Source: the human T2T-CHM13v2.0 reference genome, Homo sapiens. From it: 64,000 nucleotides of DNA. Positions 1 through 13,500 of the stretch are shown here, in pieces (positions within the stretch are counted from its first letter, which is position 1; every line of letters starts with the position of its first letter). The translations under genes and the position numbers were made by a program. The DNA lies in assembly GCF_009914755.1 (NCBI RefSeq), contig NC_060948.1. The stretch is one strand, 5' to 3'. The notes below the pieces were generated by a model. That model worked only from the letters and a program-made list of their open reading frames with translations, made no database searches and had not been told where the DNA came from.

Positions 1-2390
1 AATGGAATCGAACCACAAGGAATGGACAGGAATAGAATGGTCTCGAATTGAATGGAATCGTATGGAATGGCATCAAACGGAATGGAATGGACAGCCACGG
101 AATGGAATGGACACCCACGGAATGGAATGCACTCGAATGCAATGGAGTCGACACTAATGGACTGGAATAGAATGGACTCGACTGGTACGGACTCCAATGG
201 AATGGAATCGAATGGAAGGGAATCGAACGGAATGGACTCGAAGGGAAAAGACTGCAATGGAAAGGTCTCGAATGGAATGGAAATTAATGGAATGGAATGG
301 AATCGAATGAAATGGAGTCAAAAGGAATGGAATCGAATGGCAAGAAATCGAATGTAATGGAATCGCAAGGAATTGATGTGAACGGAACGGAATGGAATGG
401 AATCCAAAGGAATGGAATAGAATGGAATGGAATCGAATGGAAAGGACTCGAATGGAAATCACTCGAATAGAATGCAATTTAATAAAATAGGATCAAATGT
501 AATGGAATGGAATGGAAAGGAATCGAAACGAAAGGAATGGAGACAGATGGAATGGAATGGAACAGAGAGCAATGGTATAGAATGGAATGGAATCATCTGG
601 AATGGAATTGAATGGAATGGAATAATATGAAATGGAATGGAATGGAATGGAATGGAATGCCCTTGAATTAAATGGACTGGAATGGAATGGACTCGAACAG
701 AGTGGAATGGAAAGTGTTGAGATAGAATGGAATGGACTCCTTTGGAATGGTGTAGTATGCAATGCAATCGACTGGCAGGGAATCAAAAGGAATGTAATGG
801 AATGGATTGGACAGGAATGAAATGGACTCGAATAGATTGGAAACGGAATGCAAAGGAATGGAATGGAATAGTATGGAATGGAATGGAAAGGAATGGAGTG
901 GAATAGACTAGAGTGGAATGGAATGGACTGGAAAGCAATAGACTGGAATGGAACTTTTTGAATGGACTGGAATCAAACGGAATGGAATGCAATGCAATCA
1001 AATGGCATGGAATAAAATAGAATGAAAGAGAATCAAATGGAATTGAATCGAATGGAATCGAATGGATTGGAAAGGAATAGAATGGAATGGAATGGAATTG
1101 ACTCAAATGGAATGGACTAGAATGGAATGGATTCGAATGGAAGGCAAAGGAATGGAATCTATTGGAATGGACTGTAATGGAATGGAATGGAAGGGATTGG
1201 AATGGACTCGAATGGAATGGACTGCAATAGAAAGGATTCGAATGGAATGAAAAAGAATTGAATGGAATAGAACAGAATGGAATCAAATCGAATGAAATGG
1301 AATGGAATAGAAAGGAATGGAATGAAATGGAATGGAAAGGATTCGAATGGAATGCAATCGAATGGAATGGAATCGAACGGAATGGAATAAAATGGAAGAA
1401 AACTGGCAAGAAATGGAATCGAAATGAATGGAGTGTTATGGAACGGACTCAAAAGGAATTGAATGTAATAGAATGGAGTGGAGTGGACTCGAATATAATG
1501 GACTGGAATGGAATGAAATCACATGGAATGGGAACGAATGGAATGGAATGGAAAGGAATGGAATCGAATGGAAAGGAATCGAATGGAAGGGAATGAAATT
1601 GAATCAACAGGAATGGAAGGGAATAGAATAGACGGTAATGGAATGGACTCGAATAGAATGGACACGAATGCTGAAATGGAATGGACTCGAATGGAATGGA
1701 AACGAAAGGAATGTCATCGAATGGAATTGAATCGATTGGAATGAAATCGCATAGAATGGAGTGGAATCAAATGGAATTGAATCGAAAGGAAAGGAAGCGA
1801 ATGGACTGAAATGAAATGGAATGGAATTGAATGGAAAGTAATGCAATGGAATAGAATGGAACGAAATTTCACAGAATGGAATCAAACTGAATGGAATCAA
1901 ACCAATGGAATCAAATCAAATGGAATGGAAAGGAATTGAATGGAGTAGATTGGATTGGATGGGATTGGAATGAAATGTACTGGAAAGGACTCGAATTTCA
2001 TGAAACGGAATGGAATGAATTGGAACGGAACGGACTCGAATGGAATGGAATGTCATGGAATGGCATCAAATGGAATGGCATCAAATGGAATGGAATCGAA
2101 TGCAATGGAATGCTATGGAATGGAATGGAATGCATTGGAATGGAATGTCCTCTAATGGAATGGATTCGAGTGGAATGGAATCGAATATAATGGAGTCGAA
2201 TGAAATGGAATTGAAAGGAATGGGATCGAATACAATGGAATATACTGGAATGTAATGTAATGAACTCGAATGTAATTGACTGGAATGGAATGTATATGAA
2301 TGGAATGTAATCGAATGGAAAGTAATCCAATGGAATAGAATCTAATGCAATAAAATCGACTCAGATAGAGCAGAATGTAATGGAATGGAG

Positions 2391-2500
2391 TGCAGTGCAA
2401 TGGAATGGAATGGAATGGAATGCAATGGAATGGAATGGAATGGAATGGAATGGAATGGAATGGAATGGAATGGAATGGAATGGAATGGGATGGAATGGTA
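2391..2500 (+). repeat. Near-pure (GGAAT)n microsatellite tract within the DYZ1 unit (first copy)
   Basis: GCAAT(GGAAT)4GCAAT(GGAAT)12GGGAT. The homologous tract differs in length or structure in most units. Confidence 0.9.
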
Positions 2501-3226
2501 TGGAATGGATAGTAATGGACTGGAGTGAAATGGACTGGAAAGGAATGGACTCAAATTGAAAGGGCTGGAAAGGAATGGAGTCAAATGGAATGGTCTGGAA
2601 TGGAATGAACACGAAAGTAATGCAATCCAATAGAATGGAATCGAATGGCATGGAATATAATGAAATGGAATCGAAGAGAATGGAAACAAATGGAATGGAA
2701 TTGAATGGAATGGAATTGAATGGAATGGGAACGAATGGAGTGAAATTGTATGCAGTAGAAGGGAATAGAATGGAATGCAAGCGAAAGGAAAGGAATGGAT
2801 TGGAATGGAATGGAATTCATTGGAATGGAAGGGAATGTAGTGTAATGGACAGGCCTGGAATAAAGTGGAATGCTACGGTCTCGAATGGAATAAAAATGTA
2901 TGGAATGGAATGCAATGAAACGGAATCGAATGTCATAGAATGTAATGGAATGCAAAAAAATGGAATCCAAAATCATTGACTGGAAAGGCTGGGTGTCGAA
3001 AGGAATTGACTCCAATGGAATGGAATGGAATGGAATGGAAGTGAATAGAATCGAACTAAATCGAATGGAATGGAATTGATAGGAACGGAATGGAAAGGAA
3101 TGCAATGATTTGGCACGGAATGGAATCGAATGGCATCGAATGGAATGGAATGGAATGCAATGGAATGGAACGTATTAGAATGTAATGAACTTTAATGGAA
3201 TGTACTCGAATGGAATCGAGTGGAAT

Positions 3227-3241
3227 GGAATGTTCTGGAAG
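3227..3241. promoter_or_regulatory. Perfect heat-shock element motif A (gGAAt gTTCt gGAAg), first copy
   Basis: Exact match to nGAAnnTTCnnGAAn. Intact in 9 of 11 units. Motif only; binding is not shown. Confidence 0.45.
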
Positions 3242-3506
3242 TGAATGGACTCCAATGGAATGGATTCAAAAGGAATGGAATCGTACGGAATGGAATCTAA
3301 TGGAATGGAATTAAATGGAAATGAATCAAATTGAATAGCATGGAATTGAATTGAATGGAATCGAATGCAATGGAATCTAATGAAACGGAAAGGAAAGGAA
3401 TGGAATGGAATGGAATGGGCTGGAATGGAAAGGAATCGAAACGAATGGAATGGAATCGAATTGACGAGACTGGAATGGAATGCACTGGAATGGAAGGGAG
3501 TGTAAT

Positions 3507-3521
3507 GGAAGGTTCTCGAAA
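3507..3521. promoter_or_regulatory. Perfect heat-shock element motif B (gGAAg gTTCt cGAAa), first copy
   Basis: Exact match to nGAAnnTTCnnGAAn. Intact in all 11 units. Motif only. Confidence 0.45.
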
Positions 3522-4532
3522 AAAATGGAATCGAATGGAATGGAATTGAATGGAACGGAATAGAGTCGAATGGAATTGAATAGAATGGAATGGACTAGAG
3601 TGAAATGGAATCGAACCACAAGGAATGGACAGAAATAGAATGGTCTCGAATTGAATGGAATCGTATGGAATGGCATCAAACGGAATGGAATGGACAGCCA
3701 CGGAATGGAATGCACTCGAATGCAATGGAGTCGAAACTAATGGACTGGAATAGAATGGACTCGACTGGTACGGACTCCAATGGAATGGAATCGAATGGAA
3801 GGGAATCGAACGGAATGGACTCGAAGGGAAAAGACTGCAATGGAAAGGTCTCGAATGGAATGGAAATTAATGGAATGGAATGGAATCGAATGAAATGGAG
3901 TCAAAAGGAATGGAATCGAATGGCAAGAAATCGAATGTAATGGAATCACAAGGAATTGATGTGAACGGAACGGAATGGAATGGAATCCAAAGGAATGGAA
4001 TAGAATGGAATGGAATCGAATGGAAAGGACTCGAATGGAAATCACTCGAATAGAATGCAATTTAATAAAATAGGATCAAATGTAATGGAATGACATGGAA
4101 AGGAATCGAAACGAAAGGAATGGAGACAGATGGAATGGAATGGAACAGAGAGCAATGGTATAGAATGGAATGGAATCATCTGGAATGGAATTGAATGGAA
4201 TGGAATAATATGAAATGGAATGGAATGGAATGGAATGGAATGCCCTTGAATTAAATGGACTGGAATGGAATGGACTCGAACAGAGTGGAATGGAAAGTGT
4301 TGAGATAGAATGGAATGGACTCCTTTGGAATGGTGTAGTATGCTATGCAATCGACTGGCAGGGAATCAAAAGGAATGTAAAGGAATGGATTGGACAGGAA
4401 TGAAATGGACTCGAATAGATTGGAAACGGAATGCAAAGGAATGGAATGGAATAGTATGGAATGGAATGGAAAGGAATGGAGTGGAATAGACTAGAGTGGA
4501 ATGGAATGGACTGGAAAGCAATAGACTGGAAT

Positions 4533-4547
4533 GGAACTTTCTTGAAT
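4533..4547. promoter_or_regulatory. Perfect heat-shock element motif C (gGAAc tTTCt tGAAt), first intact copy
   Basis: Exact match to nGAAnnTTCnnGAAn. Intact in 10 of 12 units. Motif only. Confidence 0.45.
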
Positions 4548-7500
4548 GGACTGGAATCAAACGGAATGGAATGCAATGCAATCAAATGGCATGGAATAAA
4601 ATAGAATGAAAGAGAATCAAATGGAATTGAATCGAATGGAATCGAATGGATTGGAAAGGAATAGAATGGAATGGAATGGAATTGACTCAAATGGAATGGA
4701 CTAGAATGGAATGGATTCGAATGGAAGGCAAAGGAATGGAATCTATTGGAATGGACTGTAATGGAATGGAATGGAAGGGATTGGAATGGACTCGAATGGA
4801 ATGGACTGCAATAGAAAGGATTCGAATGGAATGAAAAAGAATTGAATGGAATAGAACACAATGGAATCAAATCGAATGAAATGGAATGGAATAGAAAGGA
4901 ATGGAATGAAATGGAATGGAAAGGATTCGAATGGAATGCAATCGAATGGAATGGAATCGAACGGAATGGAATAAAATGGAAGAAAACTGGCAAGAAATGG
5001 AATCGAAATGAATGGAGAGTTATGGAACGGACTCAAAAGGAATTGAATGTAATAGAATGGAGTGGAGTGGACTCGAATATAATGGACTGGAATGGAATGA
5101 AATCACATGGAATGGGAACGAATGGAATGGAATGGAAAGGAATGGAATCGAATGGAAAGGAATCGAATGGAAGGGAATGAAATTGAATCAACAGGAATGG
5201 AAGGGAATAGAATAGACGGTAATGGAATGGACTCGAATAGAATGGACACGAATGCTGAAATGGAATGGACTCAAATGGAATGGAAACGAAAGGAATGTCA
5301 TCGAATGGAATTGAATCGATTGGAATGAAATCGCATAGAATGGAGTGGAATCAAATGGAATTGAATCGAAAGGAAAGGAAGCGAATGGACTGAAATGAAA
5401 TGGAATGGAATTGAATGGAAAGTAATGCAATGGAATAGAATGGAACGAAATTTCACAGAATGGAATCAAACTGAATGGAATCAAACCAATGGAATCAAAT
5501 CAAATGGAATGGAAAGGAATTGAATGGAGTAGATTGGATTGGATGGGATTGGAATGAAATGTACTGGAAAGGACTCGAATTTCATGAAACGGAATGGAAT
5601 GAATTGGAACGGAACGGACTCGAATGGAATGGAATGTCATGGAATGGCATCAAATGGAATGGCATCAAATGGAATGGAATCGAATGCAATGGAATGCTAT
5701 GGAATGGAATGGAATGCATTTTAATGGAATGTCCTCTAATGGAATGGATTCGAGTGGAATGGAATCGAATATAATGGAGTCGAATGAAATGGAATTGAAA
5801 GGATTGGGATCGAATACAATGGAATATACTGGAATGTAATGTAATGAACTCGAATGTAATTGACTGGAATGGAATGTACATGAATGGAATGTAATCGAAT
5901 GGAAAGTAATCCAATGGAATAGAATCTAATGCAATAAAATCGACTCAGATAGAGTAGAATGTAATGGGATGGAGTGCAGTGCAATGGAATGGAATGGAAT
6001 GGAATGCAATGGAATGGAATGGAATGGAATGCAATGGAATGGAATGGAATGGAATGGAATGGAATGGGATGGAATGGTATGGAATGGATAGTAATGGACT
6101 GGAGTGAAATGGACTGGAAAGGAATGGACTCAAATTGAAAGGGCTCGAAAGGAATGGAGTCAAATGGAATGATCTGGAATGGAATGAACACGAAAGTAAT
6201 GCAATCCAATAGAATGGAATCGAATGGCATGGAATATAATGAAATGGAATCGAAGAGAATGGAAACAAATGGAATGGAATTGAATGGAATGGAATTGAAT
6301 GGAATGGGAACGAATGGAGTGAAATTGTATGCAGTAGAAGGGAATAGAATGGAATGCAAGCGAAAGGAAAGGAATGGATTGGAATGGAATGGAATTCATT
6401 GGAATGGAAGGGAATGTAGTGTAATGGACAGGCCTGGAATAAAGTGGAATGCTACGGTCTCGAGTGGAATAAAAATGTATGGAATGGAATGCAATGAAAC
6501 GGAATCGAATGTCATAGAATGTAATGGAATGCAAAAAAATGGAATCCAAAATCATTGACTGGAAAGGCTGGGTGTCGAAAGGAATTGACTCCAATGGAAT
6601 GGAATCGAATGGAATGGAAGTGAATAGAATCGAACTAAATCGAATGGAATGGAATTGATAGGAACGGAATGGAAAGGAATGCAATGATTTGGCACGGAAT
6701 GGAATCGAATGGCATCGAATGGAATGGAATGGAATGCAATGGAATGGAACGTATTAGAATGTAATGAACTTTAATGGAATGTACTCGAATGGAATCGACT
6801 GGAATGGAATGTTCTGGAAGTGAATGGACTCCAATGGAATGGATACAAAAGGAATGGAATCGTACGGAATGGAATCTAATGGAATGGAATTAAATGGAAA
6901 TGAATCAAATTGAATAGCATGGAATTGAATTGAATGGAATCAAATGCAATGGAATCTAATGAAACGGAAAGGAAAGGAATGGAATGGAATGGAATGGGCT
7001 GGAATGGAAAGGAATCGAAACGAATGGAATGGAATCGAATTGACGAGACTGGAATGGAATGCACTGGAATGGAAGGGAGTGTAATGGAAGGTTCTCGAAA
7101 AAAATGGAATCGAATGGAATGGAATTGAATGGAACGGAATAGAGTCGAATGGAATTGAATAGAATGGAATGGACTAGAGTGAAATGGAATCGAACCACAA
7201 GGAATGGACAGGAATAGAATGGTCTCGAATTGAATGGAATCGTATGGAATGGCATCAAACGGAATGGAATGGACAGCCACGGAATGGAATGCACTCGAAT
7301 GCAATGGAGTCGAAACTAATGGACTGGAATAGAATGGACTCGACTGGTACGGACTCCAATGGAATGGAATCGAATGGAAGGGAATCGAACGGAATGGACT
7401 CGAAGGGAAAAGACTGCAATGGAAAGGTCTCGAATGGAATGGAAATTAATGGAATGGAATGGAATCGAATGAAATGGAGTCAAAAGGAATGGAATCGAAT

Positions 7501-10500
7501 GGCAAGAAATCGAATGTAATGGAATCGCAAGGAATTGATGTGAACGGAACGGAATGGAATGGAATCCAAAGGAATGGAATAGAATGGAATGGAATCGAAT
7601 GGAAAGGACTCGAATGGAAATCACTCGAATAGAATGCAATTTAATAAAATAGGATCAAATGTAATGGAATGGAATGGAAAGGAATCGAAACGAAAGGAAT
7701 GGAGACAGATGGAATGGAATGGAACAGAGAGCAATGGTATAGAATGGAATGGAATCATCTGGAATGGAATTGAATGGAATGGAATAATATGAAATGGAAT
7801 GGAATGGAATGGAATGGAATGCCCTTGAATTAAATGGACTGGAATGGAATGGACTCGAACAGAGTGGAATGGAAAGTGTTGAGATAGAATAGAATGGACT
7901 CGTTTGGAATGGTCTAGTATGCAATGCAATCGACTGGCAGGGAATCAAAAGGAATGTAATGGAATGGATTGGACAGGAATGAAATGGACTCGAATAGATT
8001 GGAAACGGAATGCAAAGGAATGGAATGGAATAGTATGGAATGGAATGGAAAGGAATGGAGTGGAATAGACTAGACTGGAATGGAATGGACTGGAAAGCAA
8101 TGGACTGGAATGGAACTTTCTTGAATGGACTGGAATCAAACGGAATGGAATGCAATGCAATCAAATGGCATGGAATAAAATAGAATGAAAGAGAATCAAA
8201 TGGAATTGAATCGAATGGAATCGAATGGATTGGAAAGGAATAGAATGGAATGGAATGGAATTGACTCAAATGGAATGGACTAGAATGGAATGGATTCGAA
8301 TGGAAGGCAAAGGAATGGAATCTATTGGAATGGACTGTAATGGAATGGAATGGAAGGGATTGGAATGGACTCGAATGGAATGGACTGCAATAGAAAGGAT
8401 TCGAATGGAATGAAAAAGAATTGAATGGAATAGAACAGAATGGAATCAAATCGAATGAAATGGAATGGAATAGAAAGGAATGGAATGAAATGGAATGGAA
8501 AGGATTCGAATGGAATGCAATCGAATGGAATGGAATCGAACGGAATGGAATAAAATGGAAGAAAACTGGCAAGAAATGGAATCGAAATGAATGGAGTGTT
8601 ATGGAACGGACTCAAAAGGAATTGAATGTAATAGAATGGAGTGGAGTGGACTCGAATATAATGGACTGGAATGGAATGAAATCACATGGAATGGGAACGA
8701 ATGGAATGGAATGGAAAGGAATGGAATCGAATGGAAAGGAATCGAATGGAAGGGAATGAAATTGAATCAACAGGAATGGAAGGGAATAGAATAGACTGTA
8801 ATGGAATGGACTCGAATAGAATGGACACGAATGCTGAAATTGAATGGACTCGAATGCAATGGAAACGAAAGGAATGTCATCGAATGGAATTGAATCGATT
8901 GGAATGAAATCGCATAGAATGGAGTGGAATCAAATGGAATTGAATCGAAAGGAAAGGAAGCGAATGGACTGAAATGAAATGGAATGGAATTGAATGGAAA
9001 GTAATGCAATGGAATAGAATGGAACGAAATTTCACAGAATGGAATCAAACTGAATGGAATCAAACCAAAGGAATCAAATCAAATGGAATGGAAAGGAATT
9101 GAATGGAGTAGATTGGATTGGATGGGATTGGAATGAAATGTACTGGAAAGGACTCGAATTTCATGAAACGGAATGGAATGAATTGGAACGGAACGGACTC
9201 GAATGGAATGGAATGTCATGGAATGGCATCAAATGGAATGGCATCAAATGGAATGGAATCGAATGCAATGGAATGCTATGGAATGGAATGGAATGCATTT
9301 TAATGGAATGTCCTCTAATGGAATGGATTCGAGTGGAATGGAATCGAATATAATGGAGTCGAATGAAATGGAATTGAAAGGAATGGGATCGAATACAATG
9401 GAATATACTGGAATGTAATGTAATGAACTCGAATGTAATTGACTGGAATGGAATGTACATGAATGGAATGTAATCGAATGGAAAGTAATCCAATGGAATA
9501 GAATCTAATGCAATAAAATCGACTCAGATAGAGTAGAATGTAATGGAATGGAGTGCAGTGCAATGGAATGGAATGGAATGGAATGCAATGGAATGGAATG
9601 GAATGGAATGGAATGGAATGGTGTGGAATGGATAGTAATGGACTGGAGTGAAATGGACTGGAAAGGAATGGACTCAAATTGAATGGGCTCGAAAGGAATG
9701 GAGTCAAATGGAATGGTCTGGAATGGAATGAACACGAATGTAATGCAATCCAATAGAATGGAATCGAATGGCATGGAATATAAAGAAATGGAATCGAAGA
9801 GAATGGAAACAAATGGAATGGAATTGAGTGGAATGGAATTGAATGGAATGGGAACGAATGGAGTGAAATTGTATGCAGTAGAAGAGAATAGAATGGAATG
9901 CAAGCGAAAGGAAAGGAATGGATTGGAATGGAATGGAATTCATTGGAATGGAAGGGAATGTAGTGTAATGGACAGGCCTGGAATAAAGTGGAATGCTACG
10001 GTCTCGAATGGAATAAAAATGTATGGAATGGAATGCAATGAAATGGAATCGAATGTCATAGAATGTAATGGAATGCAAAAAAATGGACTCCAAAATCATT
10101 GACTGGAAAGGCTGGGTGTCGAAAGGAATTGACTCCAATGGAATGGAATCGAATGGAATGGAAGTGAATAGAATCGAACTAAATCGAATGGAATGGAATT
10201 GATAGGAACGGAATGGAAAGGAATGCAATGATTTGGCATGGAATGGAATCGAATGGCATCGAATGGAATGGAATGGAATGCAATGGAATGGAATGTATTA
10301 GAATGGAATGAACTTTAATGGAATGTACTCGAATGGATTCGACTGGAATGGAATGTTCTGGAAGTGAATGGACTCCAATGGAATGGATTCAAAAGGAATG
10401 GAATCGTACGGAATGGAATCTAATGGAATGGAATTAAATGGAAATGAATCAAATTGAATAGCACGGAATTGAACTGAATGGAATGGAATGCAATGGAATC

Positions 10501-13500
10501 TAATGAAACGGAAAGGAAAGGAATGGAATGGAATGGAATGGGCTGGAATGGAAAGGAATCGAAACGAATGGAATGGAATCGAACTGAAGAGACTGGAATG
10601 GAATGCACTGGAATGGAAGGGAGTGTAATGGAAGGTTCTCGAAAAAAATGGAATGGAATGGAATGGAATTGAATGGAACGGAATAGAGTCGAATGGAATT
10701 GAATGCAATGGAATGGACTAGAGTGAAATGGAATCGAACAACAAGGAATGGACAGGAATAGAATGGTCTCGAATTGAATGGAATCGTATGGAATGGCATC
10801 AAACGGAATGGAATGGACAGCCACGGAATGGAATGCACTCGAATGCAATGGAGTCGAAACTAATGGACTGGAATAGAATGGACTCGACTGGTATGGACTC
10901 CAATGGAATGGAATCGAATGGAAGGGAATCGAACGGAATGGACTCGAAGGGACAAGACTGCAATGGAAAGGTCTCGAATGGAATGGAAATTAATGGAATG
11001 GAATGGAATCGAATGAAATGGAGTCAAAAGGAATGGAATCGAATGGCAAGAAATCGAATGTAATGGAATCGCAAGGAATTGATGTGAACGGAACGGAATG
11101 GAATGGAATCCAAAGGAATGGAATAGAATGGAATGGAATCGAATGGAAAGGACTCGAATGGAAATCACTCGAATAGAATGCAATTTAATAAAATAGGATC
11201 AAATGTAATGGAATGGAATGGAAAGGAATCGAAACGAAAGGAATGGAGACAGATGGAATGGAATGGAACAGAGAGCAATGGTATAGAATGGAATGGAATC
11301 ATCTGGAATGGAATTGAATGGAATGGAATAATATGAAATGGAATGGAATGGAATGGAATGGAATGCCGTTGAATTAAATGGACTGGAATGGAATGGACTC
11401 GAACAGAGTGGAATGGAAAGTGTTGAGATAGAATGGAATGGACTCCTTTGGAATGGTCTAGTATGCAATGCAATCGACTGGTAGGGAATCAAAAGGAATG
11501 TAATCGAATGGATTGGACTGGAATGCAATGGACTCGAATAGATTGGAAACGGAATGCAAAGGAATGGAATGGAATAGTATGGAATGGAATGGAAAGGAAT
11601 GGAGTGGAATAGACTAGAGTGGAATGGAATGGACTGGAAAGCAATGGACTGGAATGGAACTTTCTTGAATGGACTGGAATCAAACGGAATGGAATGCAAT
11701 GCAATCAAATGGCGTGGAATAAAATAGAATGAAAGAGAATCAAATGGAATTGAATCGAATGGAATCGAATGGATTGGAAAGGAATAGAATGGAATGGAAT
11801 AGAATTGACTCAAATGGAATGGACTAGAATGGAATGGATTCGAATGGAAGGCAAAGGAATGGAATCTATTGGAATGGACTGTAATGGAATGGAATGGAAG
11901 GGATTGGAATGGACTCGAATGGAATGGACTGCAATAGAAAGGATTCGAATGGAATGAAAAAGAATTGAATGGAATAGAACAGAATGGAATCAAATCGAAT
12001 GAAATGGAATGGAATAGAAAGGAATGGAATGAAATGGAATGGAAAGGATTCGAATGGAATGCAATCGAATGGAATGGAATCGAACGGAATGGAATAAAAT
12101 GGAAGAAAACTGGCAAGAAATGGAATCGAAATGAATGGAGTGTTATGGAACGGACTCAAAAGGAATTGAATGTAATAGAATGGAGTGGAGTGGACTCGAA
12201 TATAATGGACTGGAATGGAATGAAATCACATGGAATGGGAACGAATGGAATGGAATGGAAAGGAATGGAATCGAATGGAAAGGAATCGAATGGAAGGGAA
12301 TGAAATTGAATCAACAGGAATGGAAGGGAATTGAATAGACGGTAATGGAATGGAATCGAATAGAATGGACACGAATGCTCAAATTGAATGGACTCGAATG
12401 GAATGGAAACGAAAGGAATGTCATCGAATGGAATTGAATCGATTGGAATGAAATCGCATAGAATGGAGTGGAATCAAATGGAATTGAATCGAAAGGAAAG
12501 GAAGCGAATGGACTGAAATGAAATGGAATGGAATTGAATGGAAAGTAATGCAATGGAATAGAATGGAAGGAAATTTCACGGAATGGAATCAAACTGAATG
12601 GAATCAAATCAATGGAATCTAATCAAATGGAATGGAAAGGAATTGAATGGAGTAGATTGGATTGGATGGGATTGGAATGAAATGTACTGGAAAGGACTCG
12701 AATTTCATGAAACGGAATGGAATGAATTGGAACGGAATGGACTCGAATGGAATGGAATGTCATGGAATGGCATCAAATGGAATGGCATCAAATGGAATGG
12801 AATCGAATGCAATGGAATGCTATGGAATGGAATGGAATGCATTGGAATGGAATGTCCTCTAATGGAATGGATTCGAGTGGAATGGAATCGAATATAATGG
12901 AGTCGAATGAAATGGAATTGAAAGGAATGGGATCGAATAGAATGGAATATACTGAAATGTAATGTAATGAACTCGAATGTAATTGACTGGAATGGAATGT
13001 ACATGAATGGAATGTAATCGAATGGAAAGTAATCCAATGGAATAGAATCTAATGCAATAAAACCGACTCAGATAGAGTAGAATGTAATGGAATGGAGTGC
13101 AGTGCAATGGAATGGAATGGAATTGAATGCAATGGAATGGAATGGAATGGAATGGAATGGAATGGAATGGAATGGAATGGAATGGGATGGAATGGTATGG
13201 AATGGATAGTAATGGACTGGAGTGAAATGGACTGGAAAGGAATTGACTCAAATTGAAATTGCTCGAAAGGAATGGAGTCAAATGGAATGGTCTGGAATGG
13301 AATGAACACGAATGTAATGCAATGCAATAGAATGGAAACGAATGGCATGGAATATAAAGAAATGGAATCGAAGAGAATGGAAACAAATGGAATGGAATTG
13401 AATGGAATGGAATTGAATGGAATGGGAACGAATGGAGTGAAATTGTATGCAGTAGAAGGGAATAGAATGGAATGCAAGCGAAAGGAAAGGAATGGATTGG

